DNA from: an archaeon
GTDB taxonomy: Archaea > Nanobdellota > Nanobdellia > Woesearchaeales > GW2011-AR15
DNA length: 64,000 nt
Assembly: GCA_043826135.1 (NCBI GenBank)
Contig: JBDRQT010000053.1
Location: forward strand, 4,266-68,265
Direction of reading: 5' to 3'
Shown: in pieces, positions 9,581 through 17,518 of the stretch
Layout: each line of letters starts with the position of its first letter
Numbering within the stretch: the first letter of the stretch is position 1
Position numbers and translations under genes: made by a program
Notes under the pieces: model-generated
What the model was told of the DNA's origin: nothing
Database searches by the model: none
What the model saw: the letters and a program-made list of their open reading frames with translations, nothing else

Positions 9581-11066
9581 TTTTGCCTACCTCAAATACA
9601 TTTCCAACACTATGATACCAATCATCAAATGGTTTGCCGCATACAGAAATCTGTTCTACCCCTTGTTCAAAATCCCTTGTTACAGTATCGGGCAGCGGTG
9701 GCTGAAATCTTGGGATGTCTACCCCCAGATCCCTGATCCCAGATATCGGAAAGTACTGCAATCTCGGATAACCGAGCATATCATAATAAAATGGCCCTCT
9801 TAATGGCTCGCAGGCAAAATAGTTGATAGCTTCTCCTGCAAGCACAGCTCCTGCAAGCGCAGTAGTCAAAACCTGTGATCCTTCCACCTCAGGATCTGTG
9901 CAATGCCTATGCTCCTGCCTGATTGCACTAAGATAGGCAAGCTCAAGAAAATCATTCTGGAACAGCATCGAGGATGTCATTCCAGGGACATATGCATTTA
10001 CATTTAATGTGAATGGTGTACAGCCGGCAAGAAGCATCGATAATTGCTTCCTTTGTGAGAGATTGATTATTCTCATCTGGTTGTCAAAGCCATCTGCTGC
10101 ACAAATCAGCAGATCAACATCAGGAAGCCTCGAACTTTCAGATATCCTTCTCTTGCTACCAATATACAAAGTCCCATTATTTCTTGCATTGTAATAATCT
10201 GCCATTGCTAAGCTTTTCAGTCTGCCAAGATAATTGGCAAATTGCGGTGCTCTGGATGTATTTGTGAATTCTGCAGTGTCATCATCAAACATATATATCT
10301 TCTCAAACCCTAATCCATCAGTGGCCTCAAGAAAACTTACACCAACAGCTCCAACTCCAACTAGTCCGATTGTTTTATTACGAGGATCAAAATCACGCCA
10401 ATCAAAATCATTGACATAAGAAGTTCTTTTTCTGGACCATAGATTCCAGGTTATAATGTCTTTTTGCGGATTACCCAGTTCTAGTAGATTAGAAATTATC
10501 TCTCCAAGACCAATAGTAGCCTGAGCAATGCTCATAATTCTGCTTGATCTCTGTCCCTCAAATTGTGGCATCAGGTGCTCATTAAGAATTTTTCCGCCAT
10601 GATATGACGCGATTCTGATTTCATGCTCATTTCCGGCACTCAGGGATACATTAGGCTTGCTTTCTGAATGCATGTAGACCCATTGAGACAGCATCATTCT
10701 CTTTTCCTTGCTTGAATTTCCTGCATGGAAAAATACTGGCGAAGCATGCATAACTATCTCCTTTAGTGCATCCGACTTCACCCCAGGATAGAATCCTTTG
10801 ATAGAAACATCCGGGTTTAGTGAATGCAAAATTTGCTCTATCTGTGACGGAGTTTGGCCAGAATCTATTGCTCTTCCCATAAATGCATCATTACCCTGCG
10901 TGACCTCATCGCCAGCATGCACTATCCTGCCAATCTCCAAACAGGCTGCAAATAAGGATGCATATCTAAGTGGCAATCCTTGACCTAAATTCACAAGCAG
11001 GGCTGCATCAAGGATTCCCTGTTCCCATCCTGGGATATATGTCTGTTTGAATGTTCGTCTTTGCAT
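9573..11066 (-). CDS. ThiF/MoeB/E1-like adenylyltransferase domain protein with an unrecognised ~220-aa N-terminal domain
   Basis: 497-aa ORF. Central Rossmann nucleotide-binding signature IGLVGVGAVGVSFLEATDGLGFEKIYMFDDDTAEFTNTSRAPQF (GxGxxG, acidic DDD, N-x-x-R-Q-like segment) as in E1/ThiF/MoeB. Downstream Cys-containing crossover-like loop LLAGCTPFT. Confidence 0.65.
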   Translation of the reverse strand: MQRRTFKQTYIPGWEQGILDAALLVNLGQGLPLRYASLFAACLEIGRIVHAGDEVTQGNDAFMGRAIDSGQTPSQIEQILHSLNPDVSIKGFYPGVKSDALKEIVMHASPVFFHAGNSSKEKRMMLSQWVYMHSESKPNVSLSAGNEHEIRIASYHGGKILNEHLMPQFEGQRSSRIMSIAQATIGLGEIISNLLELGNPQKDIITWNLWSRKRTSYVNDFDWRDFDPRNKTIGLVGVGAVGVSFLEATDGLGFEKIYMFDDDTAEFTNTSRAPQFANYLGRLKSLAMADYYNARNNGTLYIGSKRRISESSRLPDVDLLICAADGFDNQMRIINLSQRKQLSMLLAGCTPFTLNVNAYVPGMTSSMLFQNDFLELAYLSAIRQEHRHCTDPEVEGSQVLTTALAGAVLAGEAINYFACEPLRGPFYYDMLGYPRLQYFPISGIRDLGVDIPRFQPPLPDTVTRDFEQGVEQISVCGKPFDDWYHSVGNVFEVGKNV

Positions 11067-11068
11067 TT

Positions 11069-12217
11069 CTATTTACCGTTCTTTAGTTTCAATACTTGAC
11101 TGTATGATGGAGATAAACTTGCAAGAGCTGTTTGTACTGCAGATAGCTGCGCATCATAGTTACCACCTGGTTGGATTTGTGTGGCTAATAAATCATAAAC
11201 AAATCTAATTGATCTTGCATCCGCACTATCTTCTGCAAATCTTAAATAATCACCAATCAAGTTCAACAGCTCGGTTGCTGTCAACGGCATGTTTTGGTTA
11301 AGGTCTGGCAGCAGATTCGGGGTATTAAATCCTGAACTTGGCTGCGGATAATATACTGCCAGCGCATTGACCAAAGTTTGCACACTTGGTCTTGCCGGCA
11401 GGGCATATTCAATCGGTTTTACATATATCTCTATTTCCTTCTGCATTTTCTGATAGTCTATCTTAGCTCTACAGGGAATATCCTCCACATGAAGAACGAG
11501 TCCATCTTCAGGAGTTAGGAGATGGTATGTATTCCTTCCATTGAAGGATTCCTTTTGACATACACCCACGCCTATCCATGGAGACGCGCCTTCATTAAAT
11601 ATTAGGAAAAGACTATATCCTACTTCGACTTTAAAGACAATCTCACGCTTTGATCCAACTATTGCAGCATCCTTTTTTCTGAGCGCGGCCTGCAAATGTT
11701 CCTCGGACCCTGCCATGGCAAATTCATCAGTAACATCTCTCCACCCATAATGAGTTTGATAATTCATGTTCCATCTAGTGATTTTCTCGAAATCAGTCAA
11801 ATCTCCGTCTAATCCTGAACTAGGAACTAAGAAACCCTGCGGATGATAATGAAAGATGCCTCCCAAATTCAATTGCTGCTTTCTTGTGCTATTTGTACTT
11901 TTGATTTTTTGGTAGACTTCATCTGTCGCTGGTTGTGTCCGAATAACCCTACCGGGTGATACTTGCTGGCCAAACATAACTGCATCCTGAACCACATTTG
12001 TTTCCCTTCCGAACAAAGGCATCATCGCAAGCTCGCATCCAGTAATATCTGGATGATCTTGCATAATTGCTCTCCATGTCTGGATCTTTTCATACACCAA
12101 TGTAGGTAAATACCAATCAAGATGTATTTCAGGAAGAAATTCTTTTTTTGGAGTTGGATTAAAATGAGCGCTTATGGCGTCTGCCAAATCCTTTTCATCT
12201 ACCTTCTGTGCTCCCAT
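11069..12217 (-). CDS. JAB/MPN (JAMM) metallopeptidase domain protein
   Basis: 382-aa ORF containing GGIFHYHPQGFLVPSSGLDGD. This matches the JAMM motif HxH-x(7-8)-S-x2-D with an upstream Glu-containing segment. Confidence 0.6.
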   Translation of the reverse strand: MGAQKVDEKDLADAISAHFNPTPKKEFLPEIHLDWYLPTLVYEKIQTWRAIMQDHPDITGCELAMMPLFGRETNVVQDAVMFGQQVSPGRVIRTQPATDEVYQKIKSTNSTRKQQLNLGGIFHYHPQGFLVPSSGLDGDLTDFEKITRWNMNYQTHYGWRDVTDEFAMAGSEEHLQAALRKKDAAIVGSKREIVFKVEVGYSLFLIFNEGASPWIGVGVCQKESFNGRNTYHLLTPEDGLVLHVEDIPCRAKIDYQKMQKEIEIYVKPIEYALPARPSVQTLVNALAVYYPQPSSGFNTPNLLPDLNQNMPLTATELLNLIGDYLRFAEDSADARSIRFVYDLLATQIQPGGNYDAQLSAVQTALASLSPSYSQVLKLKNGK

Positions 12218-12218
12218 T

Positions 12219-13550
12219 CTATGCAGCCTCCATTATCGGATACATGTTGGTCGGCAGCAGATTCTTTTCCATCACTTCTGCATAAGTTATCCATGACATC
12301 TGCGACATTGGTCTTTTATAAGATTCCCCGTTGCTATGTTGTCTTATTGAAGCATTCGTGAGTCCATTCTGCAGAGTATTCACCCCATACATAATTGTCC
12401 TGATAACGCTTTGCTGCCAGGATTCACCTGGCAATCTATCATATTTTCCAGGTCCGCAAAATGTCCTGTAATCCCCTTTTTTTGACGTGAAATTAAAGTA
12501 CTCAAAATCACCATTAACGTGCACTTCACTAACCTTCATCCCCTCACTTTCTTGATGAATTAATACTCCAATTTCAGGCGGATTGTAGAAAGGATACCAT
12601 TTATGTGTATGTCCTGCTCTGATATCATGCATAGCAAAAGGCAGTGGCTTCAGATAAACGAATAATCCTTCGCCTCCAACATACCTGACACCGGAACCCA
12701 TATAATCTATTTCAGGCTCTTGCTTTAAAGCCATCATGCCGCTTGCTCTGCAATAACCCGCGAATTCATCAATCCTTTTTTTATCCATTTGCCTGACAAA
12801 CTGCCCAAATATTTCTTGAGTCCTGCTTGCTGATACCAATCTCATCTCCCTATCCAAGTCAATTTGGTTTTCAAGTTTCAGCAGTCTGCTGCCTCCATTA
12901 AATGATATGCTGATGTCTCCTATATGAGTTCTATCTGAAAGTCTATAAGTGTTTTCATGTCCGCATAGCAGAAAGTGTTGCTCAAAATCAAATTTAACTG
13001 TATCTTTATCCAAACCAAACGATTTTCTCACAGCTCTCATAATTTGCTGATTTGTGATTTCATTTGACTTCTCGATTGGAGTTTCAGATACAAGTGAGAA
13101 GATCTCCTTTCTTCTGATTTCGAGCAATTCGGATCTCGAGTAATCATTTATCCTTGGGTCTGATTGATCAAGTGCAGGAATGATATCCGTCAGACATAAG
13201 AAATAGGGGATTCCGTTTCCACCTAATGATCCCTTGGATAAAAAAGTTTCATATACACTGCTTAGAGATTCCTCCAAAAATTGTTTTATATCTTGTGATC
13301 TGACAGTCTCTTCAAGACCTAACACATCACGCATGGTGCCTTGATAAGCAAGGCCATATGTTCCCCTTCTTATCGGAGAGTCTGTTGTCATAACCTCTAG
13401 AACAGCATCATTTGAATTTTGATTGAGATAATAAATATGATTATCTAGAACAATTCCACTATGCTCCAACGCATTTTCCAATAAATAAAAATTAAACACT
13501 GGAGGCATTGTGCTATGCAAGACCACCTGCTGGGGGCTGTACTCTAACAC
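12219..13550 (-). CDS. Hypothetical protein; N-terminal region is a possible E2/UBC-like fold (speculative)
   Basis: 443-aa ORF. Segment GSLGGNGIPYFLCLTDIIP loosely resembles the UBC active-site stretch (G-x-[IV]-C-L-D-I-L) with a candidate catalytic Cys. Cannot be confirmed by eye. Confidence 0.4.
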   Translation of the reverse strand: MLEYSPQQVVLHSTMPPVFNFYLLENALEHSGIVLDNHIYYLNQNSNDAVLEVMTTDSPIRRGTYGLAYQGTMRDVLGLEETVRSQDIKQFLEESLSSVYETFLSKGSLGGNGIPYFLCLTDIIPALDQSDPRINDYSRSELLEIRRKEIFSLVSETPIEKSNEITNQQIMRAVRKSFGLDKDTVKFDFEQHFLLCGHENTYRLSDRTHIGDISISFNGGSRLLKLENQIDLDREMRLVSASRTQEIFGQFVRQMDKKRIDEFAGYCRASGMMALKQEPEIDYMGSGVRYVGGEGLFVYLKPLPFAMHDIRAGHTHKWYPFYNPPEIGVLIHQESEGMKVSEVHVNGDFEYFNFTSKKGDYRTFCGPGKYDRLPGESWQQSVIRTIMYGVNTLQNGLTNASIRQHSNGESYKRPMSQMSWITYAEVMEKNLLPTNMYPIMEAA

Positions 13551-14451
13551 TTGTCACTTTCACAGGTGTTGAAATTCCGGAGATTGTGAGCATTCTATCC
13601 TCAAACAAAGTTTTAAATGCTTGACTATCGCGTAGTACACCTGTACTATAGATAGCTTTTTCTCCATTCTCTCCAGCTGCTGAAAGAAAGTCTCTAACTA
13701 CAGAAAGTGAAAGTCTCTCAGGAAAATGAGTTTCATCTCTTAAGTACGCGTAAAAATCTGCTTCCGATGCTGGGACTTCCTCTTCACTAAAAACAACTCT
13801 AGTTGTTCGTCCACTAATTTCCACTGTCACAACATATGGAAGAGATTGAGCCGGTTGAGGGAGTACAACTTTATAATCAGCTTTCCTTTCCTCTTCTGCA
13901 ATGGTTTCTATTCTCTTTTCAATTTGTCCCATATAATCCCGGACACAAGCATCAATTGATTCAAAACCGGCATAAGCATGCACATATCTTCGTTGCTCTG
14001 ATGTTTGTTCATGAGCTTTTTCAAGGTGCTCATGCATACTCAGGGCATCTGCAATTTTGTCTGCATTAAGTCTGTAATTTTTTGATAGTTCTCTCAAAGC
14101 ATGTTCTAACATGCTTGGCTCAATTGTATCTACTTTAGGAAGAGCACTAGCTGCCTTTTCAGTTCTAATAACAAATATCTCAATCTGCTCTGCAGACGCT
14201 GCAAGCTGCTCAAGATAACTAGTTTCAGGTTGCATTACTGCAGAATCGTAAACTCCAGCATACGTACCAAAATCTGATTTTCCCCTTCCTTCCCTGTAAT
14301 CACTTACTCGTACTTGAATACCCTCTACAATTAGGGCATCCGGCACTCCACTAATAAATATTACCTTGCCGCTCTCAAGGTGTGCAGCTGCATCTCCTTG
14401 GCCTCCCCTATTGCCAGCTAGTGTTGCAATTATATTATCTGAACCTGTCAT
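13513..14451 (-). CDS. Hypothetical protein ending in ...VKVTSVRVQPPAGGLA (candidate ubiquitin-like C-terminal module with Gly-Gly)
   Basis: 312-aa first ORF of the operon. The C-terminus carries a GG dipeptide followed by two residues, as in Ubl precursors trimmed by JAB/DUB peptidases. Overlaps the next gene by 38 nt. GGGGGAG SD-like element about 9 nt upstream of the start. Confidence 0.45.
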   Translation of the reverse strand: MTGSDNIIATLAGNRGGQGDAAAHLESGKVIFISGVPDALIVEGIQVRVSDYREGRGKSDFGTYAGVYDSAVMQPETSYLEQLAASAEQIEIFVIRTEKAASALPKVDTIEPSMLEHALRELSKNYRLNADKIADALSMHEHLEKAHEQTSEQRRYVHAYAGFESIDACVRDYMGQIEKRIETIAEEERKADYKVVLPQPAQSLPYVVTVEISGRTTRVVFSEEEVPASEADFYAYLRDETHFPERLSLSVVRDFLSAAGENGEKAIYSTGVLRDSQAFKTLFEDRMLTISGISTPVKVTSVRVQPPAGGLA

Positions 14452-14525
14452 ATTGAATCTCCCCCTCAGTTTTAGAGATAGAGACAGTATTTAATATTTA
14501 AATGTTATGGAAAAGTAGTAACAAA

Positions 14526-14768
14526 CTAGTTTAACTGTTTTTCTGCGAGCTCAATATCCTTATCAATAATAGTGACCCTACCTGCATGAGCCGCATATTT
14601 GGCCGCAAGCCTGCCAATCTTTTCAGCATATTCTTCAAGATAGTCTACCATGGCAACCTTTGCATCCTGAGAAACCCTTTCAGCTCCGAAACCTTCCATC
14701 ATCCTTCCTACTGGTTCGTAAGGTATTATATTCTTTCGTTTCATTTTAAAAGTTGAGTGAAACGTCAC
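14526..14768 (-). CDS. Archaeal histone (HMf-like histone fold)
   Basis: IPYEPVGRMMEGFGAERVSQDAKVAMVDYLEEYAEKIGRLAAKYAAHAGRVTIIDKDIELAEKQL aligns with archaeal HMfA/B histones (PIAPIGRIIK...AERVSDDA...HAGRKTI...DIELA). True start is probably the internal Met (MKRKNIIPYEP, nt 14744). Confidence 0.85.
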   Translation of the reverse strand: MTFHSTFKMKRKNIIPYEPVGRMMEGFGAERVSQDAKVAMVDYLEEYAEKIGRLAAKYAAHAGRVTIIDKDIELAEKQLN

Positions 14769-14906
14769 TACGTTTCAACTCAAGATAAAAAAACCCCTAG
14801 TCTTTGTGCTGATAAGGTTAATTGCACTTCTGCTTTATATATTTTTTGATTGTATGGGCAATAGTTTTTTATAGGTTTCATCCTTATTGATGCATGGGTG
14901 ATTTGA

Positions 14907-16193
14907 ATTAATGCAATAGTTATTGTTGGCAGCCAATTTGGTGATGAAGGGAAAGGCAAAATTACTGATATTCTTGCAGAAAAAGCTGACTGCGTCGTTA
15001 GATATCAGGGCGGAAATAATGCCGGCCATACTGTTGTTGTTGGAGACAATACTTTCAAGCTGCATCTGATTCCATCCGGAGTGATCCATGGAAAAAAATG
15101 CATGATTGCATCAGGAGTTGTTCTTGATCCAGAAGTATTACTGCTTGAGATTGAAAACTTCGAAAAAACAGGAAATAAAATAGATCTTATGATTGACCCC
15201 CTGACCTCTATAATCATGCCTTATCACAAAGTCATGGACGGGATATCTGAAGCATCACTAAAAGACAGCATCGGCACAACCAAGAAAGGTATCGGACCTG
15301 CCTATGAAGATCATTATGGAAGAAGAGGAATAAGATTTATTGACCTCTTTGATAAGGCTGTTTTCAGAAAAAAGCTTCACGACAATTTCGAACTCAAGAA
15401 GAAGATTGCCAAAAATGTGTATAATCAAGATTTTCCACTTGATGAAGAAACAATATTTTGTCAGTATACTGCTTATGCAGATAAACTAGAAAAATATCTT
15501 GGCGATGTCTCGAAATTAGTCTATGAGGCAAAGGATAAGAAAATCATATTCGAGAGTGCTCAGGGCACGTTCCTTGATGTCAGTTTTGGGACATATCCCT
15601 TTGTTACATCATCACACCCGATATCAGGTGGTGTTTTTACAGGTGTGGGCTTGCCTCCGCAGAAACTGGACGTTGTGGGGATTGTTAAGGCATATACAAC
15701 AAGGGTTGGTAGCGGCCCTTTCCTGACTGAGCTGAGAGACAAAACCGGGGTGAAGATACAGAAGATTGGAATGGAGGTCGGAACAACTACAGGCAGGCCC
15801 AGAAGGTGCGGCTGGCTTGATCTTGTTATGCTAAAATATGCACATAGGCTAAATGGATTTACAAGCCTTGCCATAACCAAACTTGATGTGCTGTCCGGAT
15901 TTAATAAAATTAAGGTTGCTGTAAAATATATGTTAAATGGAAAAAATGTTGATTATCCTTTAACTGTTGAGCAGCTAGAAAGATGTACGCCTGTATACGA
16001 AGAGTTTGAAGGATTCACTATCAGCCAAGATACTGCTGATTACAGATCTTTAGATCCAAATGCAAAAAAATATTTGGAGTTCATTGAGAAATATCTTGGA
16101 GTACCAATATCGATTGTATCGGTTGGGCCTAAGAGAGATGAAACTTTGATAAAAGAATTGGCTGATAATGAAAGTGTCCAGAAAACAATATAA
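14907..16193 (+). CDS. purA: Adenylosuccinate synthetase
   Basis: The ORF-track ORF starts at a GTG (15081), but the conserved N-terminus IVIVGSQFGDEGKGKITDILAEKADCVVRYQGGNNAGHTVVV (P-loop GDEGKGK) is encoded in-frame upstream (14907-15080) with no ATG/GTG/TTG after an in-frame TGA at 14904. The start codon is unresolved (ATT 14907 or ATA 14916?). The rest matches PurA (GIGPAYEDH, TTGRPRRCGWLDL). Confidence 0.75.
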   Translation: MNAIVIVGSQFGDEGKGKITDILAEKADCVVRYQGGNNAGHTVVVGDNTFKLHLIPSGVIHGKKCMIASGVVLDPEVLLLEIENFEKTGNKIDLMIDPLTSIIMPYHKVMDGISEASLKDSIGTTKKGIGPAYEDHYGRRGIRFIDLFDKAVFRKKLHDNFELKKKIAKNVYNQDFPLDEETIFCQYTAYADKLEKYLGDVSKLVYEAKDKKIIFESAQGTFLDVSFGTYPFVTSSHPISGGVFTGVGLPPQKLDVVGIVKAYTTRVGSGPFLTELRDKTGVKIQKIGMEVGTTTGRPRRCGWLDLVMLKYAHRLNGFTSLAITKLDVLSGFNKIKVAVKYMLNGKNVDYPLTVEQLERCTPVYEEFEGFTISQDTADYRSLDPNAKKYLEFIEKYLGVPISIVSVGPKRDETLIKELADNESVQKTI

Positions 16194-16225
16194 AGAATGC
16201 TCATATACTTCTGAAAGGTGTTTTC

Positions 16226-17518
16226 ATGGGACTAATGTCAATTTCTCCAATCGATGGTCGCTATAGAATGAAGCTTGGCAATTTATCGGAATATTTCTCA
16301 GAATACGCCCTTATTAAAAAAAGAGTTTATGTCGAACTAATGTATTTAAAGCAGCTTGGCAAAGGCGATTACCTCTTTGTCTACGAAAAATTTGATGAGA
16401 AAGAAGCACAAAAAATAAAAGAGATAGAAGAAAAGACTTGTCATGACCTAAAGGCTGTTGAATATTACATAAAAAACAAAGTGCCTGATAATGTGAAAGA
16501 ATTCGTCCATTATGGCCTGACATCAGAAGATATTAATAATCTTTCTTATGGGTTGTTAATTCAAGAGTTCTTAAAAGAAATCCTTCACAAGAAATTGGCG
16601 AGCCTGCTGGATACGTTGAGGAGTAAAAGCGTCGAGCATAAAAATATCCCGATGCTTGCCAAGACCCATGGCCAACCTGCCTCCCCTACGACAGTTGGCA
16701 AGGAATTTCTCGTATTTAAATCAAGACTTGAGAAACAAATTGAGAAATTAAGGAAGCTGAAATTGACTGGAAAATTGAACGGAGCAGTAGGAAATTACAA
16801 TGCACTTGTGTTTGCAGAGCCGGAACGTGACTGGATCAAATTCAGCAAAGAATTCATAACTAAGCTAAGTCTCCAGCCAAACCTTTTTACAACTCAGATA
16901 GAACCAAAGGACACTTTGGTTGAGCTGTTCCAATGCATTAAAAGAATAAACAACATCATCCTGGATCTTGACAGGGATATGTGGCTTTATATAAGCTATG
17001 GATATTTTCGATTGAATAAGATTGAAGGTGAGGTAGGAAGTTCGACGATGCCGCACAAGATCAACCCAATTGATTTTGAGAATTCAGAAGGTAACATTAA
17101 AATTGCAAACGCTCTTTTTACTGCATTTGAAGATTTGCAGGTATCTAGGCTCCAAAGAGACTTGTCTGATAGTACAATGATGAGAAATATCGGCGTTGCT
17201 TTTTCTCACAGTATGCTGGCATATGATTCAACGCTTAAAGGGCTCAGCAAATCTGAACCAAATATTGAAGCAATAGAAAAAGATCTGAACGAGCATCCAG
17301 AAGTATTGACTGAAGCAATCCAGACTTTTCTAAGGAAATCTGGACAAAAAGATGCGTATGAAAAGTTGAAATCAATTTCAAGGGGCGAGAATATTACGCT
17401 TGACCAATTAAGAAATTTTATAAAAAATCTGGATATAGAAGGCAAAGATAAACTGCTATCACTTGAACCAAAAGATTATATCGGTCTGGCGAATAAATTG
17501 AGTTCACTAGAAGACTAA
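16226..17518 (+). CDS. purB: Adenylosuccinate lyase
   Basis: 430-aa ORF. N-terminal SPIDGRY signature of adenylosuccinate lyase. Fumarase/lyase family length. Preceded by an AAAGGTG SD-like motif. Confidence 0.85.
   Translation: MGLMSISPIDGRYRMKLGNLSEYFSEYALIKKRVYVELMYLKQLGKGDYLFVYEKFDEKEAQKIKEIEEKTCHDLKAVEYYIKNKVPDNVKEFVHYGLTSEDINNLSYGLLIQEFLKEILHKKLASLLDTLRSKSVEHKNIPMLAKTHGQPASPTTVGKEFLVFKSRLEKQIEKLRKLKLTGKLNGAVGNYNALVFAEPERDWIKFSKEFITKLSLQPNLFTTQIEPKDTLVELFQCIKRINNIILDLDRDMWLYISYGYFRLNKIEGEVGSSTMPHKINPIDFENSEGNIKIANALFTAFEDLQVSRLQRDLSDSTMMRNIGVAFSHSMLAYDSTLKGLSKSEPNIEAIEKDLNEHPEVLTEAIQTFLRKSGQKDAYEKLKSISRGENITLDQLRNFIKNLDIEGKDKLLSLEPKDYIGLANKLSSLED

Noticed and set aside
14835-15217. Minus-strand ORFs 14835-15089 and 15005-15217
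   Set aside because: They overlap the conserved purA N-terminal coding region on the opposite strand and have no motif. Spurious.
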